Of a stretch of DNA of 64,000 bases, positions 8,108 through 18,600 are shown piece by piece. Numbering within the stretch: position 1 is the first letter of the stretch; each line of letters starts with the position of its first letter. This DNA comes from Epithemia pelagica (Eukaryota > Protista > Bacillariophyta): positions 1,984,001 through 2,048,000 of the forward strand of contig OX337233.1 of the NCBI GenBank assembly GCA_946965045.2. Direction: 5' to 3'. Under the pieces are notes generated by a model, which searched no databases, was not told the DNA's origin, and was given only the letters and a program-made list of their open reading frames with translations. The translations under genes were made by a program, and so were the position numbers.

Positions 8108-10150
8108 ATGTCGCAATCAGGGAGGCAAGAGGCTGAAATGAAGGAAGGAACGGGTAGTCAAAATGAAGAAAAATTATCCATCAAGGAGCCAAAAGTTGCG
8201 ACCACTAATCAAGGAGCAAAGGGGACGACTGTCGTGCAGAGACGGCCGTCGGGTTCTGTATTCAAGGGCGACAAGAAATCAGATACCAGAACAGAAGGTG
8301 ATTTGAAGGCTCCAGATGCGACGATGCAGGTCACAAAAACAAAAACAACATCCACAACGAAGAATTCTTTGTCGTCGTCGAATGATCACAAGACACCTGC
8401 AAGAGCCATGATTACATCAAAGAAACGCACCGCGCCTTCCATGGAAAATGAAACAACACCAAAGAAAAATCCACCTGCAGATGCATCCACTCCCTTGAGC
8501 AACAACCCTGGTTCGCCTTCGAAAAAGCGTCGTTCGTATCGCCGAACCAAGCGACCTGCAAATCGCAGTGAACTGCAGAGTGCAACCCAGGGCAGCATGA
8601 CAACTCCTAGTATGGGCAACGTGTCTGCCACCGATCCAATGGATGGGTCCGGTATGGAGTATTATCCCCAAGGATACAATGTATTTGACAATGTATTGCA
8701 AGAATCTGCCGATTTAGCTCAAGCGGCATCGGAAGCACAACAGTTGGGACGATTGAAAATGGCCTCAACCTATTTGCTTTTGTTGCACGCCCGGCTGGTT
8801 GGACTGGGAAGACGTTTTGACAAATTACGGGAATCACAATTCGCAGAAGAAGAAGAAGATGCAGAAGAAGTAATACCAAATGAAAGTTTGATGGATCCCA
8901 TGGAAGAAGGTTACTTTGGCGACAACACCAACCCTTTTCCGGAAAATGATGAAACGCAAGCAGAACACAAGGACGAACACGCCACTGTGGCTCCGTGTAG
9001 TCCTCCGTCCTTGCGGCACACCCGCGCAACACCTTTTTCCTCAGTCAATCATGAGGAAAACGGCAGTTCTCGCGAGGCTGATATTGGGTCATCGCTTTTG
9101 TTACCAACGCCACCAACCAATGCCACCACGTCGTCCTCGTCGTTAAATGATGGTTCACTCAATGTAGAAGCCATATCAGCATCTGTGACTCAAAGCTTGG
9201 AACAGCAACAACAGGAACAAGAACATGAAGACAATACAGACGACAATCTTCCTCCATTCTCTTCGCCGTCGCTTCGACCAAGTACCAATCGAATTAACAG
9301 CAATTTCAGCGCCACTCCCAAAACAGCGGCGGCCAAGCAACTGGCAAGCATGTTACCAAGTCATATTGAAATGGATCAAGCCATGATGGAGCATCTGGCC
9401 AAAGCAGCCGCACAGTTGCACGCCGCGCGATCTGGCAAGGCGCGAAAGGGCCAAGGCAACCATCTTTCTCCACTGGCAGGAACAACGGACAAGGCCGCGA
9501 CGATTCCTTCGGGAACCTCCACAGAAACTGCTACAGCAAAGGGAAATGCTCCGACGGATCAGACAAGCTTGGCCAAAGGGCCTGTCACGGAAGTCTCTTC
9601 CGCGACTGCCGCCAAACCTACTCATCAACCCCAACCGAATCGGGCCGTATCCTTTACGACCGGGGAATCAACGTTGTTGCAAGAGGCGGTTCGAGCAGGG
9701 AACCCGAACACTTTCGAATTGGCTCGACAAACAGGGCGTTCCGAAGTCCAAATCAAGGCCTTTCTTAGAAATTTGGATACCAAGAAACGATTACTCAAAG
9801 ATTTGGATCTTGGTTTCACGGATGAGAATGATTCCAATATCAATGATAACCTAAACAATGCCGAGGATGGCGACGAAGTCGGAGGTCCCAAGGATGGTAA
9901 AGGAAAGAAAACTGGGAAAAGCAGTAGTGGCGGGAGCACTGGTCGGGGACGTAAACCCTCTACCGCGGCTATTACTACTGTCCTCAACGCCAATTGCAAC
10001 GCTCGTCTCCTGTTACGAGGCAGCTTGTTTCAACAAAATCGTCCTGGTGAAAGTGAAGGAGGCATCAGTGAACATGATGTGCAAGAAGCATCAACAATCA
10101 CGAATGGCGATGACAAGAACGAAATTCGTAGTCCTGGAAAAGATGAATGA
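8108..10150 (+). CDS. Hypothetical, largely disordered protein with a helical domain and a possible SANT/Myb-like repeat
   Basis: 680-aa ORF; helical block QESADLAQAASEAQQLGRLKMASTYLLLLHARL; Myb-like FTTGESTLLQEAVRAG...LARQTGRSEVQIKAFLRN. Confidence 0.7.
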   Translation: MSQSGRQEAEMKEGTGSQNEEKLSIKEPKVATTNQGAKGTTVVQRRPSGSVFKGDKKSDTRTEGDLKAPDATMQVTKTKTTSTTKNSLSSSNDHKTPARAMITSKKRTAPSMENETTPKKNPPADASTPLSNNPGSPSKKRRSYRRTKRPANRSELQSATQGSMTTPSMGNVSATDPMDGSGMEYYPQGYNVFDNVLQESADLAQAASEAQQLGRLKMASTYLLLLHARLVGLGRRFDKLRESQFAEEEEDAEEVIPNESLMDPMEEGYFGDNTNPFPENDETQAEHKDEHATVAPCSPPSLRHTRATPFSSVNHEENGSSREADIGSSLLLPTPPTNATTSSSSLNDGSLNVEAISASVTQSLEQQQQEQEHEDNTDDNLPPFSSPSLRPSTNRINSNFSATPKTAAAKQLASMLPSHIEMDQAMMEHLAKAAAQLHAARSGKARKGQGNHLSPLAGTTDKAATIPSGTSTETATAKGNAPTDQTSLAKGPVTEVSSATAAKPTHQPQPNRAVSFTTGESTLLQEAVRAGNPNTFELARQTGRSEVQIKAFLRNLDTKKRLLKDLDLGFTDENDSNINDNLNNAEDGDEVGGPKDGKGKKTGKSSSGGSTGRGRKPSTAAITTVLNANCNARLLLRGSLFQQNRPGESEGGISEHDVQEASTITNGDDKNEIRSPGKDE

Positions 10151-10438
10151 ATCATGGTCTTGCCGGACACTACTGTTGATCGCCTTGAAGAAACGCAAAG
10201 CACCGTTGACGCAAAATCAAACTCGAGACGGAACGATCCTATACCTACAAATATGAACATCATTGAAGCTTCCTTTTGAGATGGTCAACTCGACCATTGA
10301 TGTGTTCCACTCCCGTTGCTTACAGGCGGTGAAAGAGACTACTTTCCACACTGCTGGTCGACGGACTGTCGCTCGTTACCTGGTGAAACAGGGTATTCAG
10401 AAAGGGCAAAACGTGTGGCGCGATGAAGTTTGTCTTAG

Positions 10439-10903
10439 CTCTATTGGACGGATGAAAACTTCAACAACCGGGACTTGGGTAACTGTATGGACTACACGAC
10501 CCGCCATCGTAACAACTTGACACCAGATGCATCAAACTATCAATTTCTTCACGCGCTATATGGCTTGGTACCTGGAGCCACGCCTTACACTGCCCCGGCG
10601 GACCAATTTGCATCTGCGCCTACTCAAGCTCCTGTGAGTACATCTTCTTTTGGCCAAACCACTGGCGGATCCGGAGGCTTTGTACCCCCGCCTCCTCGGC
10701 CCCCACAAAACAACCAGAAGGAAGAAAAAGAAAAGGAGAAGGAAAAAGAGAAGAAAGAAAAGGATGACCGACGGTTGGAAGAACTTCCTGGTTGGCTGTT
10801 GGAAGCAATTCGTGAAGCGCGTGAACAAGAATTCGAAGGAGAAGAGAGAGCTATTCAACTACCGGGTGGCTACGCGCTACTCATTCACCAGTACAAGGCA
10901 TAA
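10439..10903 (+). pseudogene. C-terminal fragment of a metzincin-like metalloprotease (Met-turn region), no HExxH seen upstream
   Basis: After an in-frame TAG that could also be an AG acceptor (10436-10438), the frame reads LYWTDENFNNRDLGNCMDYT...PDASNYQFLHALYG. This resembles the post-zinc-site region of diatom M10-like proteases as I recall them. Confidence 0.45.
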
Positions 10904-11217
10904 TGAGCTACGTCATGAAACATTGCTGTTGTAAGAGTGTTTCGAGTGTAAGGCCAGCAGCTTTCTGTGATGAATCGTGGAGATTGGTAAATGACTGCGC
11001 AATCAAGTTCAATGTACAAACATGTAGATGTTTTTCATAAGACGACTTCATAAGAGATCTATGGAAAAGCAACGCTTTAACTCGTAGAAGATGTATTCTA
11101 CTTGACCTAGACGCAATTCCGCTGATAGGGAGTCGACAGCATTCCATGCCACGCAGTAGTTTGATCCATGGATAGTCAAACAAAATCTTTTGAACATGTC
11201 ACCTATACCATGTAAGA

Positions 11218-14200
11218 TCAAACACTGTCACCATCCATGAGATCAAAATCTGACAAGAAAGAATCAGATTTGGAGGCATCAAAAGACGATCCTGCGAACA
11301 AAAAGCTCCAATCCATTGGGTTCTTTTTCGAAGACGCCAAATGCTTCTGGAACAGGTTTTGCGACTCTTTCACAACACGCTTCCATGTATGGTCGAATTG
11401 AGCCTCGGAAATGGTACCTTGCATGGCCATTTCGGAATATCTTGTCTGTTCCGATTCCAGAATAGAGTGAAGGGGCAAATGTGGCTCTGTTGACTGGATA
11501 GTGCTAATCTTTTGTACCGCTTGACGGTACAACTCATCCTCCGATGTGACCATAGAAGTACCCGACTGACCTCCAGGAGATCGTTCGTCTTCACAAAAGT
11601 CTAATAGATTGTCCTCGTTGTCTCCTTCTTGATGATTCCCTGTTTGGGAAGATGCTTCTCCTCCATGCTTTTGGCCAGTGTTGATGGTTATGGAAGGCGG
11701 TCTTTGGTTATTGTTATTGTTATTTTCAGTGTTTTCCTCGTTTTGATTTTTAGAGGCCGTCTTCTTGTTGTTAACGACCTTTAAGGACACGTTATACCTT
11801 CGACCCACTACTCTTTTGGCAGTGATCCACAACATTTTAAATTCGTCATTCTTGAGCGTACTGTTAATCCTTTTTTGTTCGATACGAATTCTCCGGGCAC
11901 ATTCAATACCCGTAGTTTCGTCCAAGGTCTCCAATTTTCGAATTTCCTTGTCCAAGTGCTTAATCATACCTTGGGCAATTCCTTTTTGAATCGAGTCAAA
12001 GTCCAACTCCTCCAAATACGCTTTCACGTCGACATTGGGGTTTGCCGGGACGCGTTTGTACAGAGTCGTGGACAAAGGTTGCTCAATTTCCTTTTTGGCC
12101 ATGACCCGCGCCTTTTCAAAGTGTTTCTTGAATTCCTCGTTGGAAATTGCATCGCCCAGTTGTCGTTTCCACTTTGCAATCAGAGTCTTGGTCAAGCGCC
12201 CAGTGGCGTCGGGCCCTTCCACCGACTTGAGGGCTTCCACCAAGTCATAGGTCATGTCTTTTTTCAATTGTTTGAAAGTCGTAAATTCGTAGTTCATGGT
12301 GATACTCTCCATGGAGGACGTCCTTGCCGCTGTACCATGTGGCTTGGGTACCAGAGGTGCCACTTCCAAGGCTGCCATAACGGCAGGATCTGGTGGACGT
12401 GATTTCCAATCCTGTTGAAAACGATTGCGTCGTTTGCGGTTCCAAACCTGTGGTCGACGAGCTATACGTTTCCCCAGAGCCAATTCCTCTCGTCGTAGCT
12501 CTTCTCGCCGTCTTTGCAAAAGACTGCCAGATCTCATAGCAGTGGATGGTTGACAGGGGACACAGGATCCCGACGATCGACCAAAATTTCGACCATGACC
12601 ACCACCACCACCTGCTCGGACGACAAGATCCGAGGATGTCTTGTTGCTGCTACTATTGGCGCGTCGCTCATTCATGAGTAAATGTTGCTTCAATTTGTTT
12701 CGGTTGTTTCCATGAAAGGGATTGTGTGGTTTTGCTTTTGTGGTTGTTGGTTGCTGTCGTTTCCGCTTTTTGGTTTCTTGGTGATCTGGTGAGGAGTCCT
12801 CCAGCGCACTCTCTTCATCTTCATCGAATTGCTCTTCCCCTTCAGGCTCTTCTAGTTGTTCATGACTTTTGGGTGCAAATGCGTCGTCGTCGGCGGCGGC
12901 ATGGGGATCGTCGGGTTGCGGCAAATCCTTGGCGTGGACACTGCAATAAAGGGAAAAAATAGGATCGCCATCGTCATTTCCTGGAAAAAAGTAGACTCGA
13001 CGACAGTTGGGATGTTGACTGCCGGGTCCATAAAAGGCACACCCCACATGCATGGCTTGATAACAATCCTGCAGATAAAAGTGTATTGTTGTGGAAAGAG
13101 AAAGAGAAGTGGTGAGTATGACACGGTTCAATCCCAGCACTCTCTGATAACCACCAGTGGTTTCGAATGGTGGCTGTTGAGATTGTTTGGATACTTGAGT
13201 ATAGCTAATACGTACCTGGCCTCCCAAATCTGTATGCGTCCCTTGTCCCACTTCCCATTCATCGTCATCATTGGCAAAACATTGCATGGCCACTCGTAAG
13301 GTGCCTTCATCTCGCGAGGCACATTGAATACATTTCAACTCGGTTTGCCTTTCTTTAATCAATTTCACAGACTCGTTTTGTTTCCCATACCATTTTTCTT
13401 GCATGAATACAAAGTGATGCAAATTGCCATCGTCGTCGTCGTCATCGTTATTGTCCGTTGGCCCATGTCCCAAGGCGGAATTGAGCGAGGCTGTATCATC
13501 GTCCCAGACCAACCGTGCTGGATCGACTTCTTCACGATCCAAACTCATGTCATCCTCATCTTGTTCGCCCCCAAAGGTTCCATCCTTGAAACATCCAAAC
13601 ACAAAACCACCTACTTTGGCACTATTCATGAACATGGCACACAAGGTATGCGCCCACGCTGGTCGAGCTGGCAAGAGATTGTTGGAAGACAATTTACCCG
13701 TTTCTGGTCCTTGCAGTGTAGTTGTGCTACTCCCTCGTCGAGATTGTTGTTGTGCCAACACTCCCAAACTACTGGGTTTGGACGGTGGCAATCGAATCTG
13801 TCGACCCTTGAGGCCGTAATCATCGTACAGAGGATGCATGGCATGGGGACGATCGAGACCATCATCGACACTGCACAAACAACATTCGGTGGGTCGCTCC
13901 GTTACGGCAAATTGCAAGCGCTTCCCAGTCGCCGGATCGCGCTGTCGAAATTTGACCACCGAACCCACCGATTGACAAGCCCAACAGGTGAACCAAAAGG
14001 ATGTCCACGACGGTGTGTCGGAAGGATTCTGGTTGTTATCATTGTTGTTAGGGTTGTTGTTTGTCGGAGACTCGTTGGGTGCTGGAGGAGAGACCAAGCC
14101 ATAACATTCATCGTGAACCCGTAAATGACATTTTTGACATTGCAACAACCGAAATCCATGATCTCCATGAGCACCCCAGCACATGTCACATTTTCCATCA

Positions 14201-14277
14201 CTTCCCGGAGGAAGAGCATGCTCCGAGGACGATGATGCGGTGATCGTTGTAGTATCCGCGTTGGAGGCGCTTGCCAT
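11218..14277 (-). CDS. PHD finger / extended PHD (PZP-type; BRPF/JADE/AF10-like) chromatin protein
   Basis: CDMC...CQKCHLRVHDECYG...CWAC PHD, then CCLC...WAHTLCAM...CIQC...MHVGCA...YCSVH. Probable in-frame intron 13069-13215. Likely start at 14277 (ORF open from 14460). Confidence 0.8.
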   Translation of the reverse strand: MASASNADTTTITASSSSEHALPPGSDGKCDMCWGAHGDHGFRLLQCQKCHLRVHDECYGLVSPPAPNESPTNNNPNNNDNNQNPSDTPSWTSFWFTCWACQSVGSVVKFRQRDPATGKRLQFAVTERPTECCLCSVDDGLDRPHAMHPLYDDYGLKGRQIRLPPSKPSSLGVLAQQQSRRGSSTTTLQGPETGKLSSNNLLPARPAWAHTLCAMFMNSAKVGGFVFGCFKDGTFGGEQDEDDMSLDREEVDPARLVWDDDTASLNSALGHGPTDNNDDDDDDGNLHHFVFMQEKWYGKQNESVKLIKERQTELKCIQCASRDEGTLRVAMQCFANDDDEWEVGQGTHTDLGGQVRISYTQVSKQSQQPPFETTGGYQRVLGLNRVILTTSLSLSTTIHFYLQDCYQAMHVGCAFYGPGSQHPNCRRVYFFPGNDDGDPIFSLYCSVHAKDLPQPDDPHAAADDDAFAPKSHEQLEEPEGEEQFDEDEESALEDSSPDHQETKKRKRQQPTTTKAKPHNPFHGNNRNKLKQHLLMNERRANSSSNKTSSDLVVRAGGGGGHGRNFGRSSGSCVPCQPSTAMRSGSLLQRRREELRREELALGKRIARRPQVWNRKRRNRFQQDWKSRPPDPAVMAALEVAPLVPKPHGTAARTSSMESITMNYEFTTFKQLKKDMTYDLVEALKSVEGPDATGRLTKTLIAKWKRQLGDAISNEEFKKHFEKARVMAKKEIEQPLSTTLYKRVPANPNVDVKAYLEELDFDSIQKGIAQGMIKHLDKEIRKLETLDETTGIECARRIRIEQKRINSTLKNDEFKMLWITAKRVVGRRYNVSLKVVNNKKTASKNQNEENTENNNNNNQRPPSITINTGQKHGGEASSQTGNHQEGDNEDNLLDFCEDERSPGGQSGTSMVTSEDELYRQAVQKISTIQSTEPHLPLHSILESEQTRYSEMAMQGTISEAQFDHTWKRVVKESQNLFQKHLASSKKNPMDWSFLFAGSSFDASKSDSFLSDFDLMDGDSV

Positions 14278-14471
14278 TGTTGGTCGTTCCCTTTGTCCTC
14301 TTTGCCTCTTTTTGATGCTTCTCCCCAAAACCTTTGGATATTGAGCGACCTTAAAGCGACTTCTTTCAGTCAGTCGCGTTTCAAAGATGTCACGTACGTC
14401 TGTCATCCATCCGCAGGGTGGTGGGGTGGTTTTCCCCGCAACAAAGAAACCACCGAACACACCAAACGACC

Positions 14472-15268
14472 ATGGTGAACATTCGACAAGCGACGGTGCA
14501 TGATTTGCTTCAAATGCAAAACACCAACTTATGGTGTTTGCCCGAAAATTATCAGGTAAGAAAGTTCATCGTTTCAGTGTACATAATCTTCGACAAGGTG
14601 CAGAAGGAGTGGAGTTTCGCTCATGGACAATAAGATCCCATCGCTTGTATGGACCGGACCCCGGATGGTGCCTGGCTTGGTGTCTCAAAACTCGAGAACT
14701 ATCGGAAGAAACAGAATTGCGTTTGATTCGTCTACTTACTCACATTTTGATTTTTGTTGAAATTATATAGATGAAGTACTATTTTTATCATTTGCTCAGT
14801 TGGCCGCAATTGCTGTGGGTGGCCGAAGATTTTGATGGCAACATTGTGGGCTATGTCTTGGCCAAGATGGAAGAAGAAGACAACACGGCCAATAATAATA
14901 ACAACAACAACAACACTGGTCGACCGGCCCGTCATGGTCACATTACGTCCTTATCGGTCTTGAGGACACATCGGAAACGTGGGATTGCCACGGCTCTAAT
15001 GAAACGATCGCAATACGAAATGGAACATGTCCTGGGTGCCGAATATGTCAGTTTGCATGTCCGCAAATCCAACAAAGCGGCCTACCATTTGTACAGCGTA
15101 ACCTTGCGGTATCAAGTGAATGATGTCGAAAAGGGATATTATGCCGATGGGGAAGATGCCTACGACATGCGTTGCTACTTTCATGCACAAAAACCCATTG
15201 AAAATGACAACAAACCTAACGAGGATGGGACCACGGTGACGACGACAAGCGAAGATCAAAAGCAATAA
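14472..15268 (+). CDS. NAA10: N-alpha-acetyltransferase 10 (NatA catalytic subunit, ARD1); exons 14472-14555, 14771-15268
   Basis: [25 protein letters not shown]|[20 protein letters not shown]...[22 protein letters not shown]...SLHVRKSN...[11 protein letters not shown]; GT-AG intron 14556-14770. Confidence 0.96.
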
Positions 15269-15622
15269 AATAGCAAATTAGAATATCCAAAAAGTCTCCG
15301 GTGGCCAGGATCGAGTCATCTTCGGCGAGTGTCATGTTCCGCGGCAAGAAATTCTCATGAAGGAATATTCCAAAGTTCTGCAATCTGTGTTGTGTGTCAC
15401 GCCAAAGCCATGGCTTGCTTAACAAAGCCATTGTTTTCTCCATGATCCAGGACGGCATTCTCATCAGGCGCAAGGGGTCCATCCAAGATGAATGGGATGC
15501 AACTTTGTGAGAGCCTTGATCACGGTTCCTGGCTGTTTCATCTTGGAGAAAAACTAGGTAGTAATCACAATTACTTGGAAAAAGTAGAAACAGAGAATTT
15601 TTTCAATGAAAAGTCGTTGCTC

Positions 15623-18600
15623 TCATTCCACTGATGTGCAGGCACCATCCTCAGGTCCAGCCGTGCCAGCTCCCATGTTGTTGCTCGTTGAAGTGTGGTC
15701 GCTGTTGTTATTGCTCAACAGTTTCGCCAACGAAAGAGCCTGCAGGGTGCTATGGTACTGCTCCGACACGGGTTGGAATTTGACACTGACACCATGGTCC
15801 TGTTGCAACATGGCTTCAATCTTGGAAACGAGTGCTTGATCCTCTTCTTCTTCGAGAAGCGTCAGACAAAAGCGAAGGCATTCATGAATCCATCCCGGGA
15901 AGTTGGTTACCGAGTCGCAAAAATCAAAGCGAAACGCGTCGCATACACGGGGAATATAAATGATGCGTCGACTGTCATCTACCGTCACATTTTTCCGAAC
16001 ATGGGCAATGGCCGTCGCCCACAATTGCTCGTAAAAGTTGTCTAGTCCAAACACAGCCACTTGGCGGGGACTCATTGTATTACCCGTATTCATGACAAAA
16101 TTCACCAAGGGAGATGTAAAGCCTAGTGCGTAGTAATGCCGAAAGGCTTGTGATTTGCGGGGGGCATCGTAAAAGGGCGCCTTGGGTGCCACCGGTCGCG
16201 ACATGCGACCTCGAATGACACACAATTGAAGTTCGGCCAGCGAAAAGACATCCCCTCCAATTTCGTAACAATTGGTTCGCATAAAATGACCACAGGATCG
16301 CTTCGTCAAAGGACCTTTGACAGTCAGTAACAAGGCATGCTGTAACAAGCAGTGATACAGATTGACAAAAATACAAAAGGTCTCTGGACCCATGTAATCC
16401 AAGTCATGGAGCGGGAAATTTTGAAGTTGGCTCGTGGCATCCAAGAATCGACCCAATGCTTCTGGATGCTCCAACAGGGATTCCAACCGAAACGACAAAC
16501 ACCACGACAGCAACGTTTCAGTGAAGTTCACAGGTTGCTCGCTAAAAGGAGCAAGATCAAAGGCCATTCGGCGATTGTTCAACACAACTCGTCGTTTCTT
16601 CCTCTTGGCATGGACGATTTCGGCCCATTTGCCTTTTCCTCCCGACAGGGAGGCTTCAAACGATGCATGAAAGCCTTGCCAAAAGCGAGCCTTCCATAGA
16701 TCTTGCTCACCCTGAAGCCCCGAGACACTCTTATCAAAAGTTGTTTTGGCAGTATCAAGAATCTCATGAAATTGACGACGAAGCTCTTCATTCCAAAAGG
16801 CTATGTAGTAGCATTGCCATGCGGTTTCCAGAACCAACATTGGTAATCCTGGTAATGGGCTGGCATTGCCAAGATCCAGCAAACGGAACGATTGGACATC
16901 GGCCAGTGACAGTTCTAGGCCTGGGGTGTCTGTAAGAGGCGCATAGAACATGATTATTTGTTTGTAAAGAGCACACCATTCCTCTCTCCAATGACCATCC
17001 CATAAACACCGCGCGACGATGTAGCCTGCAAGTGCTTCTCCATGTTTCTTGCTTGGTGTGACACCAAGATCGAGAACCGTTCCGCGAAGAAAACTCACGT
17101 CGTGGTCGGAGGAGAAACTGATCTGAGAATTCAGTAAGTTGTTGAAAGAGCCATTGTTCTCAGATGATCGCGAGATGCTGGACATTCTAATAAGCATATT
17201 GGATACTGTACGACAGGATTGCTCGGGTGCCGACAGTTCTCCTGCCATAATTGGAATCAACTCTGTACTAATGCTAGCATTCCCTGATTCATTCCGATCC
17301 ATTCGTTTCATACCACGGCTCAGTGCCTTATGAAGTTCTCGTTCAGTGCGGCGACGAGAGCGTGCAGAGGAAACTTGTTTTGAGTTTGGTTCCTTCATCG
17401 GAGGGATTTTCGGTCGGATCGGAATCATCGATTTCCCCGCCGATACTGTTCCTTTTCCAACTTTCACAACCGCTGATGTCCTGTGCTTCACCGAACGAGC
17501 TAATTTACCGATGAGCTTTCCTGGGCGCCGACGATGGTGTGGCTGTAGAGCATCGTTGCTGGATGCGTCCGCTCCTTCAGCCTCGTCGTCATTCTCGAAG
17601 AAATCAGCATCGTCTTGAGAATCGTCTGAATCGTCCAGGGAAACCTCAGCTCCTCTCATTTCGTCCTCATCTTCACCCGTCGTCGCAATGCTTTTCCTGG
17701 ATACTGATTCACCTCCACTGCTGCGAGCGACCGCCGGAAAAGAAGAATCTTCTCGTTCTCCTCTTTGCCGTCGGCGTCCTGCGCTTGGTGACACCGAAGC
17801 TATGGACCGCGTTTTGCTTCGCCAGTTTTGACCTACACGCATCACCTCCGCCAAATCACGTCCCGTGCGGATACGAACAAAGGCTGAGCATGGGTCTTCC
17901 TCGACCTTTGAGATCAATGGTGGAACAACTCGAACAACATATGCCAGATGCACAACGCGTTTCGATCGATTCATCAGCTCGATCCATGCCGGAGCATCCA
18001 TTCGAGTTTCGTCTGCAGAAAAGCGTTGTTTCGTCCTGGGAGGAACTTCCGTCAGTGCAGGATCGTCGCTCAGATTTGACAAGGAACTGCTTCGAGTTAT
18101 TCTTTCTTCGCCAGAGGATACTACTCCTTCCATTGCTCGGAAAAGAAGAGGGTTCATCCATTGTGACGGAGCCTTGACTACGTCTGGTCCAGCGTCCTCT
18201 TCATCCGAATATCCGTCTCCAGCATCGTCCAAAGGGGGAATCGATAGAGGTGCTAAAGTCTCTCCTGCTTTCGAATCGCTTGTTTGTTGCTGTGGAACTC
18301 CCAGAGGACGACGGTCTGATCCATGTTTGTACAGTGCCATCAATCTTCCGCCATACGCAGCAGATCCTTCTGCAGAAACGCCTACGGCATACTTTGGCCA
18401 CCGCCGATGTTGAAGCCAGAAAGTACCTCCAACTCTGAGGTAAGAAGGTGATGGGTTGTCATATTCTTCCTCATCATCCATTTTGTTTTCGGCAGCTTCT
18501 ACATCGTCCAGGCTATGGGTGTGGATTGTGAAGTAGCAATTCTTATTTGGTGCCATCGCCACCCACTTCAACCACCAACCCCGGTGAATTGTCAACAAAA

